A stretch of 49,978 nt of DNA from Callorhinchus milii (Eukaryota): NCBI RefSeq assembly GCF_018977255.1, contig NW_024705385.1, positions 1-49,978 of the forward strand, in the 5' to 3' direction. How positions within the stretch are numbered: position 1 is the first letter of the stretch; every line of letters starts with the position of its first letter. The position numbers were made by a program, and so were the translations under genes. The notes under the pieces are model-generated. The model saw only the letters and a program-made list of their open reading frames with translations, was not told the DNA's origin and ran no database searches. Positions 38,101 through 49,978 of this stretch are shown in pieces.

Positions 38101-41100
38101 AACTGCCACTTGGTATATCCGCCTTGATAGGAACAACGGCATCTTACCTTCTAGGATCGTGGCAGTGACCAACGGACTGGTGTGCAGACAACTACGCAGG
38201 CGATTGTTTCCAATCCGGGACAAAGGGTTAAGGAACGCGGTAAATGGCTCAATGACGTTACTGTCCCTCCTTCAGCGTTAGTTGCATGTACAACCACCGT
38301 CTCCGCATAGTGCTGTGCTGTGGCAGGTCCTTATGCCTCTCACCTGTATTTAGAATCTGGATGCACCTGCATAATACCCTGCAATATGACCCCCGCAACA
38401 GAAATAACACATTTTCAGACCGAGTCAGAGTGCAAATCGTGCAAGTGCTAGCGGTTGAGGGAGGCAAGTGACAGGTGGACGCTCTCCATGCACTGAACGG
38501 GTGACCCAGGAACTTACAGCTTAAGCGGGTATTTGGTAAATTGCTATCTACACTCAAAGAATCGTGATACGTCAACGAGCCGTGACAGCAGTATCATCTC
38601 GAATAAATCCACGACACCAATCTCGAGCTCGGCCCGAGCCCTCGTTTCCATTACCACCACACCAGGTAAAGTGAGGTATTTCCCCGTAGCTGAAAAACCC
38701 TCCGGAGGCGGTAGCCGACGAATTGGTATTCAGCTGATTTACTATGTATGCCGTCAGTGTACGGCCTATGATTGTTAGTAACGGATTATCTAAACCCCTG
38801 CGCGTTTTGTTGAGGTGAGGTTGTACTACCTGGGCCCACTTTCACGAGCAAAGTAACTCTAATTATAATCTGTGCGTAGAATGCTTCTAATCGCGACTTA
38901 CATGTAACTGGCCATTACATATGCAAAGACTGTATGTGTAGTGAACTGCTGCATAGTCCAGATTGGTATGTCGACGTTGCGAAGCGAGAAATCCTACTCA
39001 TCTTGTACAGATGAACAGCACACAGCACGCGCGGCATAAATCTCTGAATGCAACTTGTGAGACCACTTAGATTGCGCCCTCAACCTACCCCGGAAAGCTC
39101 CGTGGTTACAGCGGTACGGAGCATATGGAGGGATGTCAGAGCTTCTCCAGGCAGCGAACCTCAACGAGCCATGGAGGTTGCCTCCCACGCCGCGATATCT
39201 AATGCCAACTTAGTATGATATGGCTTGTGTTTTTGGGCGAGGCGTCGGATGCTAGCTTTCACCCAGTCATAGGTATAAAGGAGTTAAAGCCAAGGAACTC
39301 TGTTCCAGTATACCATTACTGGTTACTCTGATAAGTGGGTGCTAACGCCCCTACAGCACGCGGGAGCACAATCGGCTTTATCAGCGATAAGTACCGATGA
39401 AAGACAATGGAGCGTCTATCGTAGTTCTTGACGCAGACCGAAGTAGAAAGACTAGCATCAGGGCTGGGGACCACGCGCACCGTAGTTTTCCAGCAACAGG
39501 TACCGAACTGGGACCTCTTAGACGATATATAAGCCAACCCTACGGGTCGGAAGAATCCTTGTTGTTCGCGCTTTGCATTTTACATCACCGGGCAGCACCC
39601 ATCACCATTCAAATGTATGGACCTCCGAATATTGTGGCTCATATGTAAAGGCCGGATGTAGTGCTATCGGCGAAACCCTCAATTAGCTGTTGCAATTAAA
39701 CTGAGTCGTATTTGCCTGTGTTTGAGGTCACAGTCGCTGAATTTGCAGACCATCTCTGGAAGTTGCAATTGGGTGGGTTACCGGTTGACGAACTGTCTGC
39801 ATCCACCTAATGGGCAAGAACGTAACACGAGCGTCCCGGATCTCCGTCTGGGCCAGAACTAACAAATAATGACCGAACCTCTGTGTATGGGGATCGGGAA
39901 GGCAGTGCTAACTATCAGACGTAAGCCGCTAACTGACACTACACGCGCAATTTTCTGGAGTGACACTAGACAAACGTTGGTAAGTGCAACACGTCTCAAC
40001 TTTGGAACCTGGCCCTGCACGGATGGAGCTTTTGTCGGCCGCCTGACCTTTAGAGATAAATTCAATCGTGCGATACGTTCTGGACTAGACACCTGTCTAG
40101 GCCTTACTGTTATTTTACCAAAACTGTTCTGTAGGTAGGGCTTACATCGGACAACATAGTCAGGGTTTGAGTCGGTTGGCCGCGTACCAACTAGTACAGG
40201 TGGAACAAAAAAACAGAGGGTGGTATGGAAGCCAAAGTCAACCGCCTCTCCTCGGAGGTCAAGTGAGATCCCCTTTCGCGAGGCATTTTTTTTGTGTAAG
40301 ATTTACAATGCTGCCAGATCTGTAGAACCTTAGTCCTAGCATAACCAAGACACACCTAAGACGATCGGGTCGTGACGTGGACATCAACTTGACAGGAGCC
40401 CACAACGCACAACATGTCCCGACAAATTTCATCTTAGATTCGCGGTCCTCGGCTTCCAAGGAGTTCAGCTTCATCACGCTGGCTTGCGATTTCTTGGGCG
40501 TCACATCAACACTTACAGCGGACCCGTTACACTTTAAGACTTGACTCTAAGCTGACCAAATAAGGCGATAGATATCGTCAGTCCCGATATTAACGTACCT
40601 ACCTCGCTGGACGTTGTCTTCTACGATATACTATCGCCGTAGCGGTACGAGCTAGACGAATGCTGTTAACCAGACATGTTTTCTGCACCTCCCAAGGAAC
40701 ATTTTGAATGCCAAGCTGATCATAATGGCATGCCTAACTATCCTGCCCATGATCATAATAATGAGTCTCGAGTCTTGCGCATTGTTAATGCTGACCCTTT
40801 CGTGGCGAGCGAGTTCTGCCATGAGAGTCCACGTGGTACTATGGTCATCATGTTTCAGCGTCGTTGTACGGTGCACTACGAGGTACCTCCGTCCTGCGGG
40901 CCTGGAGCTTTCCCCTCATAACGGACGGCGACAGAGATCCCCTAGCTCAAAACACGAGAATTAGGTTACGTGGAATGGGGAACGCCTAACTACGCTTCTG
41001 AGATGGGAGTCTGTAGAGTCTCCCTGGTTAGCGGCGGGGCCCTCCGTAGCGGGAGGTTCCCAAAACCGGACAACTGCACCCGGGTGGCTGTGTTACTATG

Positions 41101-44100
41101 TACAACCATCCTCGCGCATTAGCAATCGGGTCTGCCAGAAGGGACTGCAATTTTCTGATCTGATAATACAAGGTTCACAATATACTACTTCGATCTCACT
41201 TCGATGACAGTAGGGCGACCCATTAACTGATCTGACGAGGATTGTATGCATCACCCTTCCACCCGCGATCTTCGTCAGCTCATCACTAATCCGTTTTGAT
41301 ATGTACGGGGGAGTCTGTCGTGCGTACCACTCTCGACGATGCATAGAAAGGGTGTTACAGGGATGTCTACCACCCAGGCTATGCGCTAGTAGTAAAGCGG
41401 CTCTGAAAGAACTCAGCCGATCGTTAGACCTTTTATAAGAGGGAGTGGTGTGTAAGGGGACATTGCGCCGTAATCAAGCTAACGGCTGCCTCTATCGAAT
41501 ACAGTACAACTTTAACGAGGTACACCCTCTGTAAGTCCACCGTGCAACACGCGAAAACATTACAAACGATACCCAGATTGGTCTGGAGGGCGTGTTCGAC
41601 GTCATGTTGTGGAGTGTATAGGGGGGATCGAACAATCTGTTTTACAAATATCGAGGGTTACTTCCCAACGTGAGTCAAACGACGATAATTCAGTCGGGCA
41701 GAGCGCCGCTCTCTTCCTCCAACATCTTGGGGCCGAAGAGCGACTCCGAAACGTGTGATGCAGAGCGTATTTGTATGAACACCAATGAAGAGCGGTACTC
41801 AGACTCTCCAGCTTGTAAGGGAGGCACGAAGCTAATGGTTGCGATTAAGGCACTCAACAATGACTCACGTTGTATTGGGATACAGGATGCGCACTTGTTC
41901 GGTTAAGATATGGACGCTCTTTGCGATTGTTTTCCAAGAGTATGTGAAGTTATTACACACCAGCCGCCACAGCGCCAGACCGATTCTTACATTCCTTTGC
42001 GAAACATCGCACTTTCATTCCCATGCGTCATTCTTCGTAGCGTAGAGTTCCTCATATGGGCACGTCTGTTTTGAGTAGCCTTCCTCCCAGCTCGGCAGGA
42101 TGCTATCTTACAACGAGTTGGTCTCGTGCTATATGAGATTGGCCTGGACCTGATAGGGAAATCCGCACTTTTAATTATCCTTTGGTCATAGTTCATTCCA
42201 TAGTCGGGTTACCGTACCAATCCACAGCCCCCTTGACAGCAGCTCACCTATCCTCTATAGGCATACCATGACGTGATTTGACGTCCGCTGCTTAATCAAC
42301 ACAGCTTTATGCCGGACAATATGGAACATGTTTTCACGTACACGTTAACTTAAATGCCGGCCTCTATCCACTATCGCACTCCCGGGAGCTCCGTCTGGGG
42401 ACCCTCCCCCACCAAGCGAAGGAGGAATGGAATCGTGTTCAGCCCCCGTTCACGCGACTAATCGTGGAAACGTGACTATACGGCTAAAGTCGCTGCTGAT
42501 CAAGTTATTTATGGGTGATAAGAATACGACTTTCATAACATGATTGCACTGAATCCCGAAGTTAGCAACAGCGCAAGGCGCGGTGGTATTGCAACAATTC
42601 ATAATCGATGTTTGCCCAAGGCTGTTATTATTTGGGGGTCCCCTCGTATGTGTACGAGTGACGCTCCACGTGTGTCTAGCAATCGAAGGTGAGAAACCCC
42701 TATCGCGTCACCTGTATCATGAAGATATTTCGAACCGAGAAAGAAGCACTTCGCTTTCCTCGCACTGCTCGGTATTCGAAGCGATAAAGAAGGGAGTGGG
42801 AATAGGCAGCAGACAGCCAAATTATGTCTATAAAGCGATTCAAGATCTACGTCGACGTGGTGTGGCCACAGCAGAGTCAGTAATACCGCAGTTCAGCCCG
42901 GAGCTCTATATCTATCCACGACGGCGCCCTGACTCCACGGTTCTAGATCTCAAAAAGTAGCATATGATCTAAAACCCGAAAATAAGAACCCCATTTATCC
43001 TGAAGAACTGATGTGGCATTCGCGGTTCAGTCGGGGTTATGGTGCCTCGCTGTGATAGATTACTGCAGACAAACGCGGCATGTGATAGTGTGTGAAATTC
43101 GCCTTGCATTAAGGCCCTTCACTAGCCCCGTAGTGACGCCGGAAGGGTTTAGTAAAGTTTGAGCACGTCCAGTCATCGTAAACTCTACGGAGCACGCCGT
43201 ATCTTCTAGCAGAAGATGACGAATCTTCCGCTCAAGTAGCAAATTGAGGGCTCTGTCCGACGAACCGCTGGCGGGACGTGTCGTTGTCAAGGTCCCTTTA
43301 ACACTCGCGCGAAAGCGGAGGGCTAGACTTGCTAAGGGACGCGACACAGCGGCGGGTATCCCCGGAAGGATTATGCGATAGGTTTGATACCATTTGTGCT
43401 ATTATCGGTCGGATCTCTTCAACCTCGCATGACAACTAGATGGCAGTCTTGGAGCTTGGCCGGCCTACACAGAAATGTGCTACGCTTGTATACAGCCAAG
43501 AACCGACGAACTGGGCGTGCAGATCCGTTAGAGTAGGGATCAAGGAGCCGGACAGGTCAACCAATCGCACAAGATGTATATATCACTGGGCAAGCAATAA
43601 GACCTGACAAGTGTCCAGAACTCCTCCGTAAGTCCGGCTGCTGTTCGTATACTTTGCGCTGCCAGAACTACACGTGTTTGCAACTGCTGTATCCTCTCCT
43701 GCCCGGTAGTCGCCTAACTAGCTGGGACCCAACGGACATGCCACTCATATCGACCACCCGTTTCATCTCAATACAACTACCTTACCTTTGTCAAGGTACA
43801 TCGAAATCTCACTGCTCTTGACCCCCGGAGAAATTTAACGGCGGAGGTTAATGTTTATAGTGTGAATTCGTTCTCCCCCGGCATGAATGAAGCAATCGTC
43901 CGCGTTGACTAAGTATACATCTACTAAGACGTCGAAAACCTTCCCATCTCGGGGAAAAATATGCCGAAAACACCTTTGTCAACATTGCAGCACATGCAAG
44001 CTTGATTCAGGACTTTTGCTGGTACGATCGGTTTAAATCTTAAGACTATCTTCTAGTACAAGTTGATGGCAATCGGGGAAATAGAGGTAGGCGAAGCCCG

Positions 44101-46950
44101 TCTCCCTTTTACTGACCGAGCTAGGTAGAGTAGCAACTGGCGCATGCGGTGACCCTACAGACTGGGAGATACTCGGAACACCAACCATGGTGTACTAAGG
44201 TACAGTCCCCTAATGCTCCCGCGTACATGAATTAAAAGCACAGGACGTGTCAAGCCTAGAGCAGGAGTAAACGTCGCACTTGAAGACCAGTTGATCCCGT
44301 CAGAATCGTGTCTGCGCTCCGTGGCGCGTGGAATTTGTGTCCTACACGCACACGGTTGAGTGGGTATAGTTGGCTGCCAAGTACCCGGTGTCACTACACT
44401 GCCGGTCTTTCCACCGTATGTGTTTAAGGCCAGACCAGCTTTGATAAGTGGGCGATGAGATGTCCTGAGCAGACCTATGTCACGTACCAGGTCTCGGATG
44501 ATGGCGAGATGACTTCATCGCACATACTCAAACGCGTGATACGCCGCACCCCTCCTAGTAAAAATACAGGAAACTGACGGGATTTCTTAGGTAACGGCAT
44601 GGAAAATGAATCCGGAAATGTGTTCGAACCATCCAAGGGAGGATGCACGACACGCATCGGTCAGACTAAAGTTCAGTTAGTCAGCGAGCATCCCGAACCC
44701 TCCCCAGGTCCACTCCGGACTGGTGCACGAGAATTCCCAAAAACCGCTGAACTAATCCGGCATGGTGCAGCTTAGCAACCGTGGTGGTCTGGCCACGTAT
44801 CAAATTGACCAAAAGTGCTATGTGCAAAGGCAGAGGTGTTTCGTTTGTCTCGCGCCAAAGTCATTCAAAGCGATAGGGGGCCTCTACCCCTGTGAATGGG
44901 GGTAGTCGCGGGGCGGCACTACTTGACATCGTCGATTAGATGAGGTAAATTACAGCTGTGTGCGGCCATGTGTTGCGTTTTGGGGATTCGGTTAACTTAT
45001 TGCGAATGGCGCCGATAAGGGCGTATAATTGTTGCGGGTCTACTAAGATAGCGCCTTCCAACGAGTCCGCTTAAGCGCTAGCTTGGAACATATGGAGATG
45101 TGGGAGTGTTATCGCGCTGCAGGGACGACCGTTCGACGGTAACCCTGACACCTGAGAGGATAGGTGCTTAAGTCAGGTGTACTGCTGCTTCTTTTATCTC
45201 TACCAAATGCTCTTATACAACAACGCAGAAGATGGTTCGTACGCACGTGGGCTGTACACACATAACTACTAGCTTGGAAGTACGTGGACGAAGTATCATG
45301 GGAAGCAGGGAGCCCGATCCCATATCGCAAGCATGGGATAGTATTGCAAGGCCAACATAAAAAATGATATCTGAACCACTTAGCTCTCGGGCTACACCTA
45401 CGGCGATACGAAGTCATATGCCAGAAACTAGCAGTGTGCTCAGTCTTTATGGGCGTAATCGAGGAATCCAAGGGTGCAGGGCATGATTATCAACAGCAAG
45501 ATTTATGCTCAGTCAATTTGACATTCCTTTGACAGGCGCCCTGCCAGCTACAGGCATTTAGACCTATGTTGTCCGAAGTTCCTCAACTGGGTTGGTCCTG
45601 GAAGTATTCTTGTCCTGAATCCCCCATAGGCGGAGAGAACGTGTTTATTGTAAACTGAGGATGAGTCGTCGCCGTATGTATTCGCACGTATGTAGCGTCC
45701 GCAACCGGAATGACTATCGCACGGCCCGAGTAATCTTTAGATATAGATACATGTTTACTAAATGAAGTTCCTTATTCTTCAATCCCCTGCGGAAATATGT
45801 GTATCCGTGAGGTCTCTTTAACAGATTTGCCATAAAAGAGAGAGTTCACGACTGAGGGGATAAACAACTTGATTGTCTAATGGACATACGCTGTACAAAT
45901 TGGGGTTCTTGTAATTAGGGTTGGCTTGTACAACACAGGAACAGCCGACAAGTAGGCCCCACGCAACGCAGCCGAAAACCGCGGGGGACTATAGTTTCGT
46001 ATGAAGAAGCGACTACGTTCTAAGGGGGATTGGGACATTCCACTGATGTGTGGACTACCCCTGTGCATAGGGCCGCAGGGCCTTCGAACGGTGATCAAGT
46101 TTTAGTGAGTCGACCACGGAATTGTACATCCTCGGTTGTAGTGGACAAACGCAAGTGCGGTGCGTACAATGCGTAACATTGTTTCCCTCAATACGAGGTC
46201 AACACACCACCTTAGGTGCATTTAGTCTAACAGATTTGTTCTTGAGCGCGTTACGCAGTGATGTACTCGATGATGGTCTCCCACGGTAAACAGTTTACAA
46301 GTCAACCAGTCACGATTGGTTGAATAGCCAACGCGAGAACTACAAACACCCCTTTGATGACTCCCCCGTCGGGCGAGATTGGCGTCACTCAACCTTGATG
46401 TATATTTGAGAGTGCTGCGGTTCTCTGAGAGTGAGAGATAAACCTCCTATCGACTAACCATTGACTCGACCCTGGATTCGTGGGCCTTGAGAGACCCGTT
46501 TAATTTAACTAAGAGAGTAGACCTTGGCCGGAAGTTTCCCGTCTGGGAACGCCTGCAAGGACCATGGAACCTGCAATCGATTACATGAGCAAGTTCCCGC
46601 ACGGCCTCTATTATGAGACCTTCATTCATGTCAGAAGATATGCAGAGGTATACTGTTTGTCATTCTAGATACTAACTACTAAATTAAATAATGTGATTAG
46701 TTGTTTAAAAACGGGGTGCCGTGACTTACCAGCTAAGAGCGGAACGGCTTCTTTAATCAGCGGACGCGCTTGTACACTCTCAACATTTCGATGAGTGGTT
46801 CCGTCATCTACTACAAATTCACTGAAGCAGATTTCGTTTTTCGCACGAACGGGGGTAGGAGGCGTTGGCTTCCCCCAACGGCGGGTACGCCCGAATCCAA
46901 CCCCGGGCAGTAGGTTCAATTCAATATGGCTGGCCAGTCGGTCAGCGCCG
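14160..46950. other. Featureless random-like block, probably synthetic or shuffled sequence
   Basis: Roughly even base use by eye, frequent TA, CG and CTAG, no microsatellites, AT-rich tracts or transposon relics; longest listed ORF 153 aa with no recognisable motif; starts exactly at the N gap. Right boundary approximate (46920-47000). Confidence 0.85.
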
Positions 46951-48479
46951 CGTGTCCGGGTACCGAGACGGAAAAGGCGGTGATCGCGGCGTGATTTGTC
47001 ATTTTTTTTGTGTCACCGTTAGAAGCCATCTGCCGCACGACGTTAACGTCTCTGAACTTTCAAACTCTCAGAGCATCTGTCTGACGTTCCTCCGAGCTCC
47101 GTTATAGCATGGGCTGCCACCTGTCCTTTTTTTGTTCCCAGCATCGTCTTGTGAGCCTCCCCGGACATTAAAAGTCCTGGATTTATCTGAATAATAATAA
47201 TGCGTACAATGGACCACTCAGTAAAATGCAGTTATGCTTAGCTCTCTCACCTTCCGGTATTGTGAGATGTTCTTCTTCCCGTGATGTGTCCTGGGTGTTT
47301 TGTACCTCGAGGTGGCAATCACTAATGCGTGCATGCAGGGACATGGATGCATTCATAATAGCGATGTGTATGATGATGATAATAATACTAATTATGGGGG
47401 TAGGCATGGCATAGCGGTCATATTGCTGCATTACGAACCCAGTGACGTGTTTTCAATCCGAGCCGTCACGGCTTTCATCAAGTGGCGAGTGACGTCTTCG
47501 CCGACCTGCACTGACCTGCGTGGACAAGTATGTAAAAGTTAGCGCCATGACGGACACGGGCATGTTGGGGGGGGCGAGGGGGGCACACCTTTAACAGTAG
47601 AGTGACGGAGGGCTGAATATGATACATTTTTAAGTTATTGATTACCCAACAACAAGAAGGAGAATAATGATATGCCCCTTGTTGACCAAAGAAAAGGTTG
47701 ATTGAGTCCCAGTACCATTTTTTCAGGAGGGTCCTGCATCATTGAGATGATTGGCCAACGTCCGTCAGTGAGTGTCTGGCTTTTTGCAGGCGGGGGGGGG
47801 GGGGACAGGAGAACCCATGGAGAAAAGCCCCACCAGCGCATACGTGGAGGGTGACATTCCAAGTTGCGCACAGATAGATTCATAATCCTTTGCCGCACTG
47901 CCACCTCCTTGCCATGGCAAGCCTAAAGGAACGTGCAGATGCGACGTGATGCGAGGATTCCGTCCGCACCACCCTCCGCCCCGCCAGCAAAGAGCCTTCG
48001 GTGTGACCGTCCCTGCGTTGTCCTGTACACCGACGCATCTCCGGTTGAGTCGTGAAATCGCTTTGGCTCCGGTTAAATTGTGGAATGCTTCAATTTGAAC
48101 CGTGCCCCTTTCAGGCGCCGTGGTTTCCAATTGCAAGGAACCATTTTTGCCCGTGGAAGTGAATGTTCTGATTTGCCTAAAAGAAAAAAAAAATGTTACT
48201 CGGATTTTAAATATCACGCACAGCCAAGTTGCCCGTAACTTGCAGCTGTGCGAACAGCTGTTTTGTTTCTGGGTGCCCGGGGTAGGGGTTGGTGTGGGAT
48301 GGGGGGAGTTGGCATCTTGGCAGCTGCACGGCAGAGAGAGAGAGAGAAGAACGGCGCCGGGGCTGCTCGTGTGGCCAAGTGTCTGTGCGTGCGATTTACA
48401 AGACACTCAGTGCACACGTGGGTACTGTACTGAGCAAATAATACCATACGGCCGTGCCTGTTGAACGCGATTTGGAAAT

Positions 48480-48700
48480 GTAAGCGTATTCTGGAACTCC
48501 TTGCCTTTCGAGGCCGGGACTTCAGAGACACTTTACAAATCTTCAAATCTCGACTCAAAACGTTGCCCGTTTTAAAAAGTTATTTTCTCTCCTTAGTTAT
48601 TTTCAAACGTCTTCTCGCTTTTTCTTTACTTGGTTCTCGTTAGATATTCTCCGCCTTTCCATGCACAGCGCCACTGAGAACGGTTATTGATTATTACTCG
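48480..48700 (+). mobile_element. L2/CR1-type LINE 3' end remnant
   Basis: WNSLP followed after a frameshift by IFKSRLKT, the usual L2 ORF terminus, then a T-rich UTR-like tract. Confidence 0.6.
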
Positions 48701-48727
48701 AATAAACGGTGACATTTAAATACGTCC

Positions 48728-48990
48728 ACTCGTCATCGCCGCCTTGTCGGACACGCTTAGTCCGCTGCTGGATGAAGGCCTCGGCAAGCCACTCCCGTCT
48801 CTCGTGATCCTGCGATGCGACGGTCCACGCGGTACCTGCGCTTGAAGGGATTCCTTGTCTCCAACTCAACGACAGCGGGTTCCCAGGCGGATGCTCTCTG
48901 TTCATTGGCTGCCACTGCGGTAGATCGTGACCTCATTACGAGTCTCATTAAAAACGGCGAACTGGCCTGTACATATTACTTGCCGTTGTA
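48728..48990 (-). mobile_element. Old RTE-clade LINE 3' end fragment
   Basis: QWQPMNREHPPGNPLSLSWRQGIPSSAGTAWTVASQDHERREWLAEAFIQQRT matches the RTE C-terminus seen at 13000-13190. Confidence 0.72.
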
Positions 48991-49885
48991 TGGCATGCAT
49001 GTTGAACTTCTTGCACATCTTACTAGCCGCCCGCGCTCATATTGAATGCGTACACAACCCCGCACAGAACTGCAGAAGGATAATGGGGCTCATAGCAGCG
49101 GTGGCCGATACGTGGACAACGCAATGCAGAGGTTGGACGATTACAAAATACGTTGTCGCGGATTTCAGGACAAATCGAGCTACATCATGATACTGTAGCT
49201 CGGGGTGAGCAGCTTCTTCATGATGTAGCTGCTCACCCCGAGCTCTCATTACTCTGATAGTGCGTTGTCTTTGTGCTGTACGCGTTTTGGCGTCCTCTGG
49301 TCTAACACCGTTTTGAGACGAGGCTCAAAAGAAAGCTGTCTCTGGTGTGGACCAATCAGTTTCAAAGACAATGTATATATTATCAGAGTATGTTTTTTGT
49401 TTGCATTCTGACCACAAGTATTGTGGTTAACGCAGACATGATTCCTTGTAAAAGGTTTCAGTTTGGTGTTTTAACATCTTAACACCTGTTTTGTTGCCAG
49501 AAAAAAGGGGAAAACCTATTCTCATACTTGTGGTAATTGTTGGTTGACCACTGCGCCAGATTAGAGCCACCAACTTGGACCACATTTCTTTGTGAATTGG
49601 TCACTGTTGGCATAGAGTAAATATTATAATAGTTGAAAATTCTTTAAGGAATAATTATAATTAAAATCTTAATGCCCCAGTTTTTTTACCTAGGAAATTA
49701 ACACCCAATTTATTCAGGGAAGCCTCACTGAGCCTTGAGGATATTCTTTCACGAATATCCTACACTGGGATGTTTTAGTCAATACAGGACTCCTCTGCTT
49801 ACGAGCATTTGACTTAAGAACTTTCAGAGATATGAGCAAACCTGTCCTTATGTGCAGTTCAACCGCCGCGCAATAGATGGCGGCG

Positions 49886-49978
49886 GTGGCATCTACATCT
49901 GTAGAAGGCGAAGAACCAGTGGCATCTACATCTACAGAACGTGAAGAACCAGTGGCATCTACATCTGCAGAAGGCGAA
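49886..49978 (+). repeat. 33-bp tandem repeat, at least 2.8 copies, truncated by window end
   Basis: GTGGCATCTACATCTGTAGAAGGCGAAGAACCA units start at 49886, 49919 and 49952. Confidence 0.95.

Noticed and set aside
14286..46983. Many 60-153 aa ORFs as a possible operon, virus or novel system
   Set aside because: No recognisable domains, no strand organisation, low coding density; lengths fit random sequence.

Overview
Eukaryotic, repeat-rich vertebrate DNA (GC-rich exons plus V-SINE, RTE, L1, L2 and hAT relics; a lamprey-like source is my inference) in three parts. (1) 1-14129 is natural sequence containing a five-exon minus-strand gene for UCMA / Gla-rich protein (GRP): signal peptide, carboxylase-type propeptide, RARR furin site, Glu-rich mature peptide ending QWREWHYDG. 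The ORF track splits it, and as written it has two single-base deletions (exons 3 and 5). Its intron 1 holds a hAT MITE with a nested fold-back insertion and several Penelope-type minimal hammerhead-like motifs. (2) After a 30-N gap (14130-14159), about 32.8 kb (14160 to ~46950) looks like uniformly random sequence with no genes, repeats or organismal signature, most likely synthetic or shuffled filler. (3) ~46950-49978 is natural repeat-rich sequence again, ending in a 33-bp in-frame tandem repeat. All homology calls are from recalled family motifs, not database searches. I found no support for a novel multi-gene system.
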